Of a DNA stretch of 64,000 nucleotides, positions 1 through 9,983 are shown in pieces. Origin of the DNA: Myxococcota bacterium (GTDB lineage Bacteria; Myxococcota_A; UBA9160; UBA6930); the NCBI GenBank assembly GCA_965223705.1, contig OZ245015.1, positions 1,504,001 through 1,568,000 on the forward strand, written 5' to 3'. Numbering within the stretch: position 1 is the first letter of the stretch; each line of letters begins with the position of its first letter. The notes beneath the pieces were generated by a model that searched no databases, was not told the origin of the DNA, and worked only from the letters and a program-made list of their open reading frames with translations. The position numbers and the translations under genes are program-made.

Positions 1-943
1 GCACCGGCTGCCCGGTGAGGTGGATTTCGACGCTGCCGTCGGCTTCGAGCGCGGACTGAATCTCGCGGATACGCGTGAAGACCGCTTCGTAATCGAGACG
101 TCCTTCGAGGAAGCCCGCGACCACAAGTGCGGCGTTGTCATCGAGCGACACCAGACGACCGAAGACCTGCTTGTTTTGATGGATCCGGTCCGGCAGGGTG
201 TCGACGGTTTCTTGGGGGAGAAGGTTCCCGTCCGGCCCTTCGATTTCGTCACCGTTCAACTTGTAGTCGTCCGGAAGATCCCGCATGCGGAGGCTCAAGA
301 ACTCGAGCTCCGCCGCTTCCTCGCGCTTGGCCTTGATGACCTTGGCCGCTTTCTGGTCCTCCATGAGCTCGAGGCGCACGGCCGCCGACGGCGCCAGCTC
401 CTCGCCGAGGGCGCGCTTGTCGCGGTCCACCATCTCGTCGAGTTCTTTCAAGGTGGTTGGGACGTCTTCCCCGCGTTCTTTTTTGCGTTCGATGTAGCGC
501 CGCGTAAAGAACTGCGCCTCGAGGAAGGAGATCGCTTGTTCGCCGATGATCTGGGCGGACTGCAGGATCCCCTCTTTGTCGATGTACTGGTCGCGGATCC
601 GGATGCTCGTGATCGACGACACCTGGTCGTGGTTGACGCCTTCGACTTTGTCGATCTGGTCGGTAAACCCGAAGATTTTTTCGAGGACCTGCTCGTCGTA
701 GATCGTGCCCTTCTTCGAGATGATGGCGGCGGTGACGATGTTCGCGCTTCCGAACTGCCGGTTGTACTTCTCGTAGACCTGGATGTGGGGGTGGTTGCGC
801 GGCAACAGGTCGATGAATTGGCTGAAGACTTGGAGCTGCAGCGCCTTGTAACCGAAGAACGCGGTCGCGGCGCCGATCAGGAGCAGGTTGATCAGGCGGT
901 GCTTGATAAAGAACCGCGAGAAGCGGAGCATCAGTTCGTCCAT
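1..943 (-). CDS. RND/MMPL-family transporter, N-terminal part (runs off window start)
   Basis: Not in ORF track. Read by hand from ATG at 943: MDELMLRFSRFFIKHRLINLLLIGAATAFFGYKALQLQVFSQFIDLLPRNHPHIQVYEKYNRQFGSAN...EIHLTGQPV. TM1 + DLLPxxHP + FGSAN is typical of MMPL/RND proteins found next to YCF48/DUF1302 genes. Confidence 0.85.
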   Translation of the reverse strand, partial: MDELMLRFSRFFIKHRLINLLLIGAATAFFGYKALQLQVFSQFIDLLPRNHPHIQVYEKYNRQFGSANIVTAAIISKKGTIYDEQVLEKIFGFTDQIDKVEGVNHDQVSSITSIRIRDQYIDKEGILQSAQIIGEQAISFLEAQFFTRRYIERKKERGEDVPTTLKELDEMVDRDKRALGEELAPSAAVRLELMEDQKAAKVIKAKREEAAELEFLSLRMRDLPDDYKLNGDEIEGPDGNLLPQETVDTLPDRIHQNKQVFGRLVSLDDNAALVVAGFLEGRLDYEAVFTRIREIQSALEADGSVEIHLTGQPV

Positions 944-959
944 GGGTCTTCCTTCGGGG

Positions 960-2096
960 CTATTTCGCCGGCGGTTTTTCTTGCGTGCCCTTCTCGAGGA
1001 GGAAGGGTACGGGCACTCGTTCGCGAGCGGGTTTGGGCGATTCGACAACGGCGCGTTCGAAACTCGCTCCGCCGTCGTTCGAGACGAGAATCACTGCATT
1101 TTCGCCCACGACTAAAACGACTCCGTTCGGCCCGTAATCCGCGCCCTGAAGCCAGTTGAAAAGATGCGGTCGCTTGGGTTCCGTCCACGTTTCACCCGCA
1201 TCGGAGCTGGTGAAGATGACGCCGCGGTCTCCGACGACGATCACTTTCTCGCCCGCAGCGGCGATGTCGTACAGACCCGCACCCGTCGGAACCCGGAGCG
1301 TCGTCCAAGTGACGCCCCCGTCTTGCGTCCGAATGGCGACGCCGCCGACGCCGCATGCATAGCTCAGCAGCTCGCCGGTGTTCGCCATTCCGATGAGGTA
1401 GATATCCTCGACCGCGCCATCGAGCTGCCGCTCTCCTTGCCAGGTCATGCCGGCATCCCGACTTCGGAGCAGGGTCCCGAACTCGCCCGTGATCCAACCG
1501 CTCTCGGGGGTCGAGAACTCGATGGCGTTGAAAATCCGGTCGGGGAGCTCCGTGTCGTTGAAATTCTCTTCCGGCACCCGCTCGCGCTTCCACGTCGCGC
1601 CGCCGTCCGAGGTGTGGATGATCACGCCGAGGTCTCCGACGGCCCACGCGGTGTCGGGCGATAAGGCGACGACCCCGAACAGGGTTTCCTCGATAGCGAT
1701 TCGCCCCTCGAATTCGTCGTCCACCTCGGCGACTTGCAGGCTCCAGGACTCTCCGCCGTCGGTCGTCCGGAGGATCACGCCTTGCGCGCCCACTGCCCAG
1801 CCGTGCTTTTCGCCGTGAAAGTCGACGGCGTGCAGATTGCGCTGGGTGGGTGTCGGAGCCACGCGCCAGGTCTGGCCCTGATCGGTGGAACGCAGGATGA
1901 CGCCCCAGTAACCCACCGCGAACGCCATATTTCCTTCGATGTCGACATCGTAGAGATCGGCGAGCGGTACTTCCCAGGACCGGGAGTTGGCCGGATCGAA
2001 GGGCGCGCCCTCGTCGTTGGCTGCGGCGGGGGTGGCGGAGATCAACCACACCAACATCCACCGCATCGCGCGCCGGAAACTCGTACTTTCCTTCAT
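960..2096 (-). CDS. YCF48-related BNR/Asp-box beta-propeller, secreted
   Basis: Repeated AVGxxGxIlxSxDGGxTW motifs and a signal peptide. Start at 2096 or 2066, not 2186. Confidence 0.88.
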   Translation of the reverse strand: MKESTSFRRAMRWMLVWLISATPAAANDEGAPFDPANSRSWEVPLADLYDVDIEGNMAFAVGYWGVILRSTDQGQTWRVAPTPTQRNLHAVDFHGEKHGWAVGAQGVILRTTDGGESWSLQVAEVDDEFEGRIAIEETLFGVVALSPDTAWAVGDLGVIIHTSDGGATWKRERVPEENFNDTELPDRIFNAIEFSTPESGWITGEFGTLLRSRDAGMTWQGERQLDGAVEDIYLIGMANTGELLSYACGVGGVAIRTQDGGVTWTTLRVPTGAGLYDIAAAGEKVIVVGDRGVIFTSSDAGETWTEPKRPHLFNWLQGADYGPNGVVLVVGENAVILVSNDGGASFERAVVESPKPARERVPVPFLLEKGTQEKPPAK

Positions 2097-2195
2097 ACCA
2101 ATCGCTGCCCGTTCGTTCGTAGGGTTGGTCCGGGATTCGCCCGGGGTCGTATCATCGTTTCGGAGGCGGTCCCCCGTCAATCGCATTCCTCGATT

Positions 2196-3275
2196 TCAGC
2201 GCACCTCAAAGCGCTCGGAGCCGTCTTCCCACTTGATCGGTACGTCTCCTGGGTCGCGCTGTTCCAAAAACATTCGCGTCCGGTACCGGAGACGGTGGAT
2301 CGTGACGGGATTCGGCTCCTGACCCTGCTGGTAGCTTGCCCGGATCACGTCCTCGAGGACGACACGGCGCACCCGCGACGTGGCCAATTCGATCCAGGCC
2401 TCTCCGTCGAGGCTCGCCACCACGCGATCAAAATCGAACCCTGCCGAGCTCGGAACGCCTTCGGCGTTCTGCTCGGCCTTGAGGAGCAACCAGGCGCAGG
2501 GAACCCCCTCGATCTCCGAGTAGCCGGCGAGGCTGTACTCGATATCGATGCCGAGGCCCAGCCCGCCCGCGAGGTTGGGGGGAAAGTGCGTGGTCGTCCA
2601 CGTATCGCCCGGCTCGACGGGCCCCTTCGGCAAGGGAACTCCGGCGTAGAGTACGCCCTGCCGGATCGGCATTTCCCGCAGGAAGCGGCGGATCGAGCGC
2701 AGACCCTGAGCCTGGTACTGCTTGATCTCACCGCGATCGTCGAGACTGATGAGCGCGAAGGGACGGTAGAGCAACTTTCTTGGCGTGATGGCCTGCTTGG
2801 GCGCGCTGCCTTCGATGTCCGCGACCTGCTCCTCGTTTTGAAACAGTCGCAGACGGTCTGAGCCCGCTTCGACTTCCCGACTTCGATCGGGATTCTGTTC
2901 AACGCGCTTGTAGTGAAGCGCGTCGAGGACCAACCGCTGGCCTTTCATATTCTCGGTATTGAGAGCGATCGCGCGATATTCGAGCTCGAGCAGGTGGGAA
3001 TCCCGCGAGGGGTCCTTACGGCGCTCGTCGTCGGACTTGAAGACATCGCGCTCGCCGCTCGTTTCGAGCACCAGCCGATACGCGACCTCGCCGGTGTCGA
3101 GATTGCGGGAGGGGAGGGCGAGCGGCCCGCGCGCTTCCGGCACGGCCTCCGTTACCGGCCGGTCACGCTCGATCGGGGACGACTCGAGGATGCTCGGCCC
3201 GCGCGGTTCGTTGGATTTGCAGGCGGAGAGACACGCGACGAGCAGAGAGCAGCAGATGAAGGCGCGGGGGATGAT
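2196..3275 (-). CDS. Putative lipoprotein of unknown function (DUF6263/LolA-like beta-rich); probable ATC start
   Basis: ORF 2196..3143 extends in frame to IIPRAFICCSLLVACLSA-C (lipobox). GAGGAG lies 7 nt upstream of ATC at 3275. LPKGPVEPGDTW motif. Confidence 0.6.
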   Translation of the reverse strand: MIPRAFICCSLLVACLSACKSNEPRGPSILESSPIERDRPVTEAVPEARGPLALPSRNLDTGEVAYRLVLETSGERDVFKSDDERRKDPSRDSHLLELEYRAIALNTENMKGQRLVLDALHYKRVEQNPDRSREVEAGSDRLRLFQNEEQVADIEGSAPKQAITPRKLLYRPFALISLDDRGEIKQYQAQGLRSIRRFLREMPIRQGVLYAGVPLPKGPVEPGDTWTTTHFPPNLAGGLGLGIDIEYSLAGYSEIEGVPCAWLLLKAEQNAEGVPSSAGFDFDRVVASLDGEAWIELATSRVRRVVLEDVIRASYQQGQEPNPVTIHRLRYRTRMFLEQRDPGDVPIKWEDGSERFEVR

Positions 3276-3375
3276 TGCCGGTCTCCTCGGGGCTCACCGG
3301 CCCCGGTCGCTAGATACAGTGCGGGGCGCGGAGCATCGCTCCGCGCCCCGTGTTCTTGGCGCGAGTTGGCTCAGC

Positions 3376-5868
3376 CTACCACTGGTAGGTGAAGCCGAAC
3401 CAAACCTCGTCGCGAGCCTGATAGAACTTGTCCGCGAAGGACTCCTGCCCGAAGAAGGGCGAGCGCGCCGATCGCTGGAAGTTCTCGACCCAGTTCTGCC
3501 AGGTGCCGGCCTGCCAGGTCGACGGATCGAAGATGTTACAACCCGCACCGTCGTCGCCGGTACCGAGCAGCCCGTCGGCGCCCGGGTTACCCAAGGTGCC
3601 GTCGGGGCAGAGGTTCGCGATGTCGTGGCTGCGTCGGTTGCCCCAAATCAGGTTCACGCCGATGTCGAAGAACCAGTTCTCGTTCAGCACGTAGCGGAGC
3701 CGCGGGAAGATCGTCCAAGCGCCCGCGTTCCAGTCGACGGCTGCGACCGTCGTCAGGATGATCGTGTCGTTCCGCCAGTAGTTCTCCATGAAGAACGTGC
3801 TGATGACGTTGGTCTCGTAATCGATCATGCCGTTGTCGTGACCGCTGCCGTCCTCGTAGTCCGTGATGTGCGCGATGAACGTCTGGAACGAGAGGAAGGC
3901 CGTGCGGTTCCGGTTCAGGAACGGAATGAACGTCGAGCGGTCGAGACCGATCGAGAGCTGGAAGAAATCGCTCTCGCTCTGGTAATCCTGCTCGGAGCTG
4001 TCGCTGAACTGCCGATCGAAGTCATACGAGAGCTCGAAGCGCAGGATCGTGTCGATGCCCGGGATCTGGTAGTCGATCGAACCACCGATCGTGAGGACCC
4101 GCGGGTACTCGAGCGTGAACTCCGACGCCGTCCAGGGCAGGGCGGCCAAGTCGAGGGAGTTCGCCGTGAAACACGCCCCGACGGCTGACGGAGCCAAGCC
4201 GCCGCAGGCCGCTGCCGCGACCGCTTGGAACTGGCCGAGGTACGTGTTGTTCATCGTCTCGAGCGAAGAGCCCGCGAGCGGCCGGCTAATCGTCGCCACT
4301 TCGCCGTTGGCGCGGACACCCTCAACCGGGGCATTTCTTGCGAACGGGTCAAAGGCCACGCCCAGCGCCCCCAACCCGGGAATTCCGCCGAAGCCCAAGC
4401 CCTGGAGGAACAGGAACATGGCCGAGTTCGGGTTATCCGTTGAGTAGTGGTTCTGGGCCTTCAGCACCGGGATGTCCTGGTGCGTCCAGAACGCCGACAG
4501 CGAGAACGCGATCGACGGCTTGGGAATCCGGAACTCGAGCCGCACACCCGGCTCGGTGTTCGAGAACTTCCAGTGCTGCACGTCGTCGGTCACGCCGGCG
4601 AAGGACACGTTGAACAGCTGGTGACCACCGGCGTCCGCACGCGCCTCGCAGGCGCCCGTGAAGGCGTAGGGCTCGCCGCACTGACCGACCTGCACCGGAA
4701 GGAAGCGGTCGAACACCCAGACGAACTCGAGAGAGACGTCCTGGAACATGCCCACGTTTCCAAAACTGTGGATGACGTCGAGAGCGAGCTGGGGGATGCG
4801 CCGCTCCTCGAGATCCGCCCAAATGCTGTGGTAGCCGAAGTCGAGCGGATTGATCCGATCCTGCAAGCGGAACGCGTCGGTCTTTCCCCAAACGATCTGT
4901 TGCTTGCCGAGTCGTACGAACGTCTCTTTGTGTTCGAACTCGATGTAGAGCTCGCGGACGAAGCACCAGGGGTGCGCGTTGTCGCCGCACTCGAATTGGA
5001 GGTTGCTTTGTCGGCGGTTGATGTCGACCGGGGCGTGCTCGTAAGAACCGCGGTCGCTGATGCCGCCTCCGAAGCCAAAGTTGAGCGGGGCCCAGGAGTT
5101 GTTGATCGCGACGGGGTCACCGTCGGCGATCGCGGCTCCGATGCCGCCTTCTTCGCCGGCCATACCGAGCGAAGCGAGGACCAACCCCGCGCCCGGGTTC
5201 AGGGTGCCGATGCCCTGCACTCGGCCGTCGAGGGTGGCGCCAGCGAAGCCTTGGTAGGTCTCGATGGTCGCGTTGCCGCCGCTCTTGCCCTGGTTGGGAC
5301 CGACGGCCTCCCACGTCGCGGGGACGCCGCCGAAGAACACCTTGTTGTCGATGAACACGGCCGCCGTCGGTCCGAAGCCGAACAGTGAACCCGTGTCGGC
5401 CGCCACCGTCGTGAGCTCGCCTTCGATCTGACAGCCAGCGCTACCGGTACCGCCAGCGGCGAGCATGACGTCGTCGCCGCGTCCCGACGCTTCCGCGTTG
5501 GCCGCGCCGACGCCGAAGGTGTCGAAGAAATCCTGGTCGATGTCGTCGCCGAAGCAGTCGTCCTGGATGTCGTAGATCGCTTCGTAGATCGGACGCACGA
5601 CGCCGTACACGGCAACGCGCGTATCCATGTTGTCGTAGAGACGGGCTTCCCACTCGAGGTTGAGTTCGGTGCGCCACGACGTCAGTTCCGGTCGCTCCCG
5701 GAAACCCGGTGTTCGGAAATACGCTTTCGAGGTCAAGAAACCGTGAACTTCGAAGTTGTCTTCCCACCAACCAGCGCTTGCGGGCTGGCTACCAAACGTG
5801 AGCGAGAACACAGAACTGAGCAGCAACGTGGCCAGAGCGGTTGCAACAGCCTTTCGGCAAATCGACAT
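3376..5868 (-). CDS. DUF1302-family outer-membrane protein
   Basis: Signal peptide; RELY...RLGKQQIVWGKTD...DRINPLD motif; ends in FGFTYQW (OM beta-signal); upstream of YCF48/RND. Confidence 0.8.
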   Translation of the reverse strand: MSICRKAVATALATLLLSSVFSLTFGSQPASAGWWEDNFEVHGFLTSKAYFRTPGFRERPELTSWRTELNLEWEARLYDNMDTRVAVYGVVRPIYEAIYDIQDDCFGDDIDQDFFDTFGVGAANAEASGRGDDVMLAAGGTGSAGCQIEGELTTVAADTGSLFGFGPTAAVFIDNKVFFGGVPATWEAVGPNQGKSGGNATIETYQGFAGATLDGRVQGIGTLNPGAGLVLASLGMAGEEGGIGAAIADGDPVAINNSWAPLNFGFGGGISDRGSYEHAPVDINRRQSNLQFECGDNAHPWCFVRELYIEFEHKETFVRLGKQQIVWGKTDAFRLQDRINPLDFGYHSIWADLEERRIPQLALDVIHSFGNVGMFQDVSLEFVWVFDRFLPVQVGQCGEPYAFTGACEARADAGGHQLFNVSFAGVTDDVQHWKFSNTEPGVRLEFRIPKPSIAFSLSAFWTHQDIPVLKAQNHYSTDNPNSAMFLFLQGLGFGGIPGLGALGVAFDPFARNAPVEGVRANGEVATISRPLAGSSLETMNNTYLGQFQAVAAAACGGLAPSAVGACFTANSLDLAALPWTASEFTLEYPRVLTIGGSIDYQIPGIDTILRFELSYDFDRQFSDSSEQDYQSESDFFQLSIGLDRSTFIPFLNRNRTAFLSFQTFIAHITDYEDGSGHDNGMIDYETNVISTFFMENYWRNDTIILTTVAAVDWNAGAWTIFPRLRYVLNENWFFDIGVNLIWGNRRSHDIANLCPDGTLGNPGADGLLGTGDDGAGCNIFDPSTWQAGTWQNWVENFQRSARSPFFGQESFADKFYQARDEVWFGFTYQW

Positions 5869-6083
5869 GATGTAAGCCCTTCCCCCTGTGGCGATCGGAG
5901 CCGACGGTGGGCACCCGCCGGATCAGACCGCATGTCCCCTTACGGGACAATCACTTACCGGGGATTTTTGCATGGGGATGGGGACCCGGGGCAAGTGATT
6001 TTCTGACTTTCCCGAGGGATTTTTTGCATTTGCGTGCCCCGGGGGGATCGGGCACCGTGAGGGATTCCCGGGAGGATTTCAGT

Positions 6084-6917
6084 ATGGATGGGAACGGCAA
6101 GCTCGAAGATCGCGTGGCGCTCGTCACCGGTGCAGGCCGCGGCGTGGGGGCGGCGTTGGCTCGAAAGCTGGCCGCCGAAGGCGCTTCGGTGGTGGTCGCC
6201 GACCTCGATGCGGGGCCGGCCGCGTCCGTCGCACAGGAGATCGAGGCCGCGGGCGGGCGGGCGACACCGCTGGCCGGGGACGTCACCGCCCCGGGCTTCG
6301 GCGAAACCGCGATCGCGTGCATGCTCGACACCTACGGCGGGGTGGACATCCTGGTCAACAACGCCGGCTACATCTGGAACTCGAGCATCCACAAGACAGG
6401 CGAAGAGCAGTGGCAAGCGATGCTCGACGTCCACGTGACGGCGCCGTTCCGAATCCTGAAAGCGGCGGCCGGTTTTATTCGCAACGCGGGGACGCGGGAA
6501 GTTCCAACGCATCATCGCAAGGTCGTGAACGTGTCGTCGGTCTCCGGACTCTACGGTGGCGCCACCCAGATCGGGTATTCCGCCGCAAAAGCGGCGCTCG
6601 TCGGCGTCACGCGCACCCTCGCGAAGGAATGGGGCCGGTACCGTGTCAACGTCAATTGTGTCGCGTTCGGCCTGATCGATACGCGGTTGACACAAACGTG
6701 GGACGGGGACGAGATCGCGCAGATCGAAGTCGGCGGTCGTCGCCATCCCGTCGGTTTCGACGACGCGACCCGTCAGGAGATTACGAAGCGGATTCCGCTC
6801 GGGCGCCCCGGTACCCCGGAAGAAGCGGCAGGAGCGGTGTACCTCTTGTGCACGCCGGAATCCGACTACATCAGCGGCGAAGTGCTCGTCGCGGGCGGCG
6901 GCCTGCTCTCGCTCTAG
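6084..6917 (+). CDS. SDR family oxidoreductase (3-oxoacyl-ACP/CoA reductase-like)
   Basis: TGAGRGVG, NNAG and YSAAK motifs; GGAGG upstream of ATG 6084. Confidence 0.93.
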   Translation: MDGNGKLEDRVALVTGAGRGVGAALARKLAAEGASVVVADLDAGPAASVAQEIEAAGGRATPLAGDVTAPGFGETAIACMLDTYGGVDILVNNAGYIWNSSIHKTGEEQWQAMLDVHVTAPFRILKAAAGFIRNAGTREVPTHHRKVVNVSSVSGLYGGATQIGYSAAKAALVGVTRTLAKEWGRYRVNVNCVAFGLIDTRLTQTWDGDEIAQIEVGGRRHPVGFDDATRQEITKRIPLGRPGTPEEAAGAVYLLCTPESDYISGEVLVAGGGLLSL

Positions 6918-7738
6918 CCCTTTCGCGGGTGGATGAGCTCGCTCTTCCGTTCGAGCCAGTCGCGCCGTTTCTCAAAGGGGAGGGCGATGTATTCCTGCAT
7001 GTCCCCGAGACCCCGGGGCGACTTCATCGTTTCCATGAACGCGTGCCCCTCGATCTCGAGTCCCGCCTCGAGGTGGGTCTCGATCCCCTGATAGAGGCAC
7101 CGCTTGATCTCGTTCACCGCCGAGGGATTGTGGCTGGCGAGTCCTTTCGCGACCTCGATCGCGCGCTTCGCGGCATCCGGTGCGATTTCCGCGACAAGCC
7201 CCATCTCGAGGGCTTCCTCGGGCCGGCAGATTCGGCCGCGCAGGATGAAGTCGATCGCTCGACCGACGCCGATCATGCGGGGCAGCCGCTGAGTGCCGCA
7301 GCCGCCGGGCAGAATGCCGAGGGTCACTTCCGGCAGCCCGAAGCGATGGTCGCCTTCCGCGCCGATGCGGATATCGCACGACAGCGACAATTCGAACCCG
7401 CCCCCCATCGTGTCGCCGTTCATCGCGGCGATCACGACTTTCGGCAGGTCCCGCAGCTTTCGGAGCATCGCGTGGTAGTTCGCGTTCAACGCGGTGCCCA
7501 TCCGCTCCATTCCTGCTTTGTCCGACGCGATCTCGACCAATTCCTCGACGGAGTAGTGCGTGATGAACTTGCCGTCCATACCGCCCGTGAGGACGACAGC
7601 CCGGATCTCCGGATCGCGCCAGGTCTCGATCAGTTCGAGGAGCTCTCCCGCGCCGTCTGCGCAGAAGTAGTTCATCGGGGGGTTCAGATACGTCGCGACG
7701 ACGACCGCGCCGTCGCGTTCGGTGGTCCAAAGCGGCAT
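6914..7738 (-). CDS. Enoyl-CoA hydratase/isomerase family
   Basis: KVVIAAMNG.TMGGGFELSLSCDIR and FGLPEVTLGILPG.GTQRLPR. Confidence 0.92.
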   Translation of the reverse strand: MPLWTTERDGAVVVATYLNPPMNYFCADGAGELLELIETWRDPEIRAVVLTGGMDGKFITHYSVEELVEIASDKAGMERMGTALNANYHAMLRKLRDLPKVVIAAMNGDTMGGGFELSLSCDIRIGAEGDHRFGLPEVTLGILPGGCGTQRLPRMIGVGRAIDFILRGRICRPEEALEMGLVAEIAPDAAKRAIEVAKGLASHNPSAVNEIKRCLYQGIETHLEAGLEIEGHAFMETMKSPRGLGDMQEYIALPFEKRRDWLERKSELIHPRKG

Positions 7739-7751
7739 CAAGGCCTCCGGG

Positions 7752-8219
7752 TTAGTCGTTCAGAACTTGCGAGACGCGGTACTGCACCGCCGGATTGCCG
7801 TCCTGCGTGAGGAGGCGACCCTCGGCGATGCAGAAAATGTCGTTCACCCAGGCGTAGCGGGGATCGCCCGTCTCCATCCGGGGATTCGTGAAGAAGTATT
7901 GGTCCCCGTACTGGGTCTCGCCGCCGCCTTCGAGCACGGCGACGACCTGCTCCGTCAATTCGACGATGCCGTAGTACTGGACGTAGATGAACGCGCCGTC
8001 GTGGGTCTCGAAAGTCGCCCGCACGTCGAGCGCGCCGTGGCCGGATTCGCGCATGATGAGCCAGTCGCCGCCGCTGTGGAGCAATTTACCCCGTAGCTTC
8101 GGTCCTTCGAAGACGCCGCCGGTCACGTCGACGATGTTGCGATTGCCCGAAGGCCCCGGGCCCACCGCGACGCCCGGCTTCAGGTTGGCGGTGTATTCGA
8201 GCAGAAATTCCGTCTTCAC
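7752..8219 (-). CDS. DUF3237 domain protein
   Basis: VGPGPSGNR, GGVFEGPKLRG, GGDW, LDVRATFETHDGAFIY, ETGDPRYAWVN; GAGGAG before GTG 8219. Confidence 0.88.
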   Translation of the reverse strand: MKTEFLLEYTANLKPGVAVGPGPSGNRNIVDVTGGVFEGPKLRGKLLHSGGDWLIMRESGHGALDVRATFETHDGAFIYVQYYGIVELTEQVVAVLEGGGETQYGDQYFFTNPRMETGDPRYAWVNDIFCIAEGRLLTQDGNPAVQYRVSQVLND

Positions 8220-8313
8220 AGCGAAAACTCCTCGTCGAAGCCGCCCCAAAAGACGAACGGCCAGGAGGGCATGAGACCACTCCTGGCCGTTCGCTGGCAA
8301 GGTGAATCGGCGG

Positions 8314-9882
8314 TCAGTCCGTGACGTTCACCGAGTACACCGTCGTGGTCGCGCTCTCCTCGTTCGTCACGACGAGCAGCGGCTGTCGCGTGGGACTCTG
8401 CAAGCGGCGGATGAAGACCAGCCCTTCGGGAGCCAAGTCGCCACCGCCGGCAAAGTCGCGGTTGTTGATGTAGTCCTCGAAGGTCGGGTCCCACGGGTTG
8501 GTCACGTCGTAGGTCATCACACCGCCGACCCGCTCGAGGCCGATGAACGCGTAGGTCCGGTGGCCGATACGACCCACGGCCACACCCTCGGGCTCCGGGC
8601 CTTTCGCGTCGCTGCGGGCGTCGAAGTCCGGTTCGTCGTTGTCGGCGTTGAAGTTGTCCGGAACGGCCAGCGCAGTGATCTGCTCGAAGTCGTCCCCGCT
8701 ATCGAAGACCAGATTCCCGCGCGAGGACCAGATCGAGAAGGAGCGGCCGCCGAGGGAAAACAGCGCGTCGTAATCGCCGTCCCCGTCGGGGTCTCCCTCG
8801 AAGAGGCTGACGCCCAGACGGCCTAGGTTCTCGTCCTCTTGCAGCGTGGCGGCGTCGGGGAAGGCCACCGGATCGAGGTCGAGATCTTTGATCCGTTCGT
8901 CTTCCTCGGTCACGTCACCGATCAGGCAGTCGTACTCGCGGGCATCGCCCTCGTTCGCGGTGATGACGAACGAGCGACCGTACGTGCGGAACGAGGCGAT
9001 GGAATCGGGCTGGTACATCCCGTGAACGGGCCAGTTCTGGATGTTGATGGCGTCGTCGCGATCACTCGCGTCGATCCCGTTGCCGGGCGCGTTGTGGTCC
9101 TTCGTACCGAGCGGGATGATCCGACGGACGCGCGCCCGAAACACGTCGACTTCCGCGATGGCGTTGTTCTCCTGCAGGGAGACCCAGGCCGTAAACGGGT
9201 CCTTCATCGTGATGTACTCGGGCTCGAGGTCCTGTGCGACCGTCGCGCCCGGTCCGAAGATCCGGACGCCGGCGTCTCGAAGCTGGTCGACTCGGTCGTT
9301 GAACCGGCGGAAGTCGGCGGTCCGGACGCGGATCTGGCCGGCGTGTCGCAGCCGGACCGGCAGCCGAATCACGGAGATCGATCCCTCCGGGTCGATGCCG
9401 TCCTCGCAGTACGAGCTCGGCTCGCCTTCGTTCGCGACCAGGATATGGATTCCCCACGTATCGAAGGTCACCATGTCGGGAAGCGCGCCGACCGGCACCA
9501 CCGCGATGGGAGAGCCGCTCGAGGACAGTGCGCTGCGATAGATGGCGACGCTTCCGGGCGACTGACGCGTGGTTCCGGGGATGGCGACGGCGAGCAGACC
9601 GCGTTTCACCGCGACACTCGTCGCTTCTCCGCCTCCGATTCCGGAGACATCGATCTGGAATAACAGGGTCGGATTCGTGGGGTCCGACAGGTCGAGAACA
9701 TCGACCGCTTGTTCGGGGCTGTTCGTCACGAAGAAACGATCCGTGTGGGAATCGAAGGCTCCGATCTCTGCGCCTCCGCCCGCGTACGTGCCGAGGACGG
9801 ACAACGAGACGTCTCCCGACGCGGGTGAGGCCGCCGCAATGGTCGCGGCTAGCAGGAAGGCGAAGGCGTGTCTGTGCTGCAT
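8314..9882 (-). CDS. Secreted choice-of-anchor I (alkaline-phosphatase-associated) beta-propeller
   Basis: VGALPDMVTF, ANEGEP, QDLEPEYI, LQENNAIA, DASDRD, ANEGDAR, RSDAKGPEPEG, GLERVGG motifs. Confidence 0.88.
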   Translation of the reverse strand: MQHRHAFAFLLAATIAAASPASGDVSLSVLGTYAGGGAEIGAFDSHTDRFFVTNSPEQAVDVLDLSDPTNPTLLFQIDVSGIGGGEATSVAVKRGLLAVAIPGTTRQSPGSVAIYRSALSSSGSPIAVVPVGALPDMVTFDTWGIHILVANEGEPSSYCEDGIDPEGSISVIRLPVRLRHAGQIRVRTADFRRFNDRVDQLRDAGVRIFGPGATVAQDLEPEYITMKDPFTAWVSLQENNAIAEVDVFRARVRRIIPLGTKDHNAPGNGIDASDRDDAINIQNWPVHGMYQPDSIASFRTYGRSFVITANEGDAREYDCLIGDVTEEDERIKDLDLDPVAFPDAATLQEDENLGRLGVSLFEGDPDGDGDYDALFSLGGRSFSIWSSRGNLVFDSGDDFEQITALAVPDNFNADNDEPDFDARSDAKGPEPEGVAVGRIGHRTYAFIGLERVGGVMTYDVTNPWDPTFEDYINNRDFAGGGDLAPEGLVFIRRLQSPTRQPLLVVTNEESATTTVYSVNVTD

Positions 9883-9983
9883 GGTGGTTCTCCCTTTGTG
9901 GAAGAAGGGCGTATACCGATACGCGTCTCCGGGGCGGTGACGTCCGCGTGAAGCCGCTGTGAAAGAGGCGGTACATTCGCGTC

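Noticed and set aside
20..1159. 379-aa plus-strand ORF, and the many similar long ORFs in the track
   Set aside because: Antisense or off-frame shadows of real genes in GC-rich DNA; here the minus strand encodes the RND transporter.
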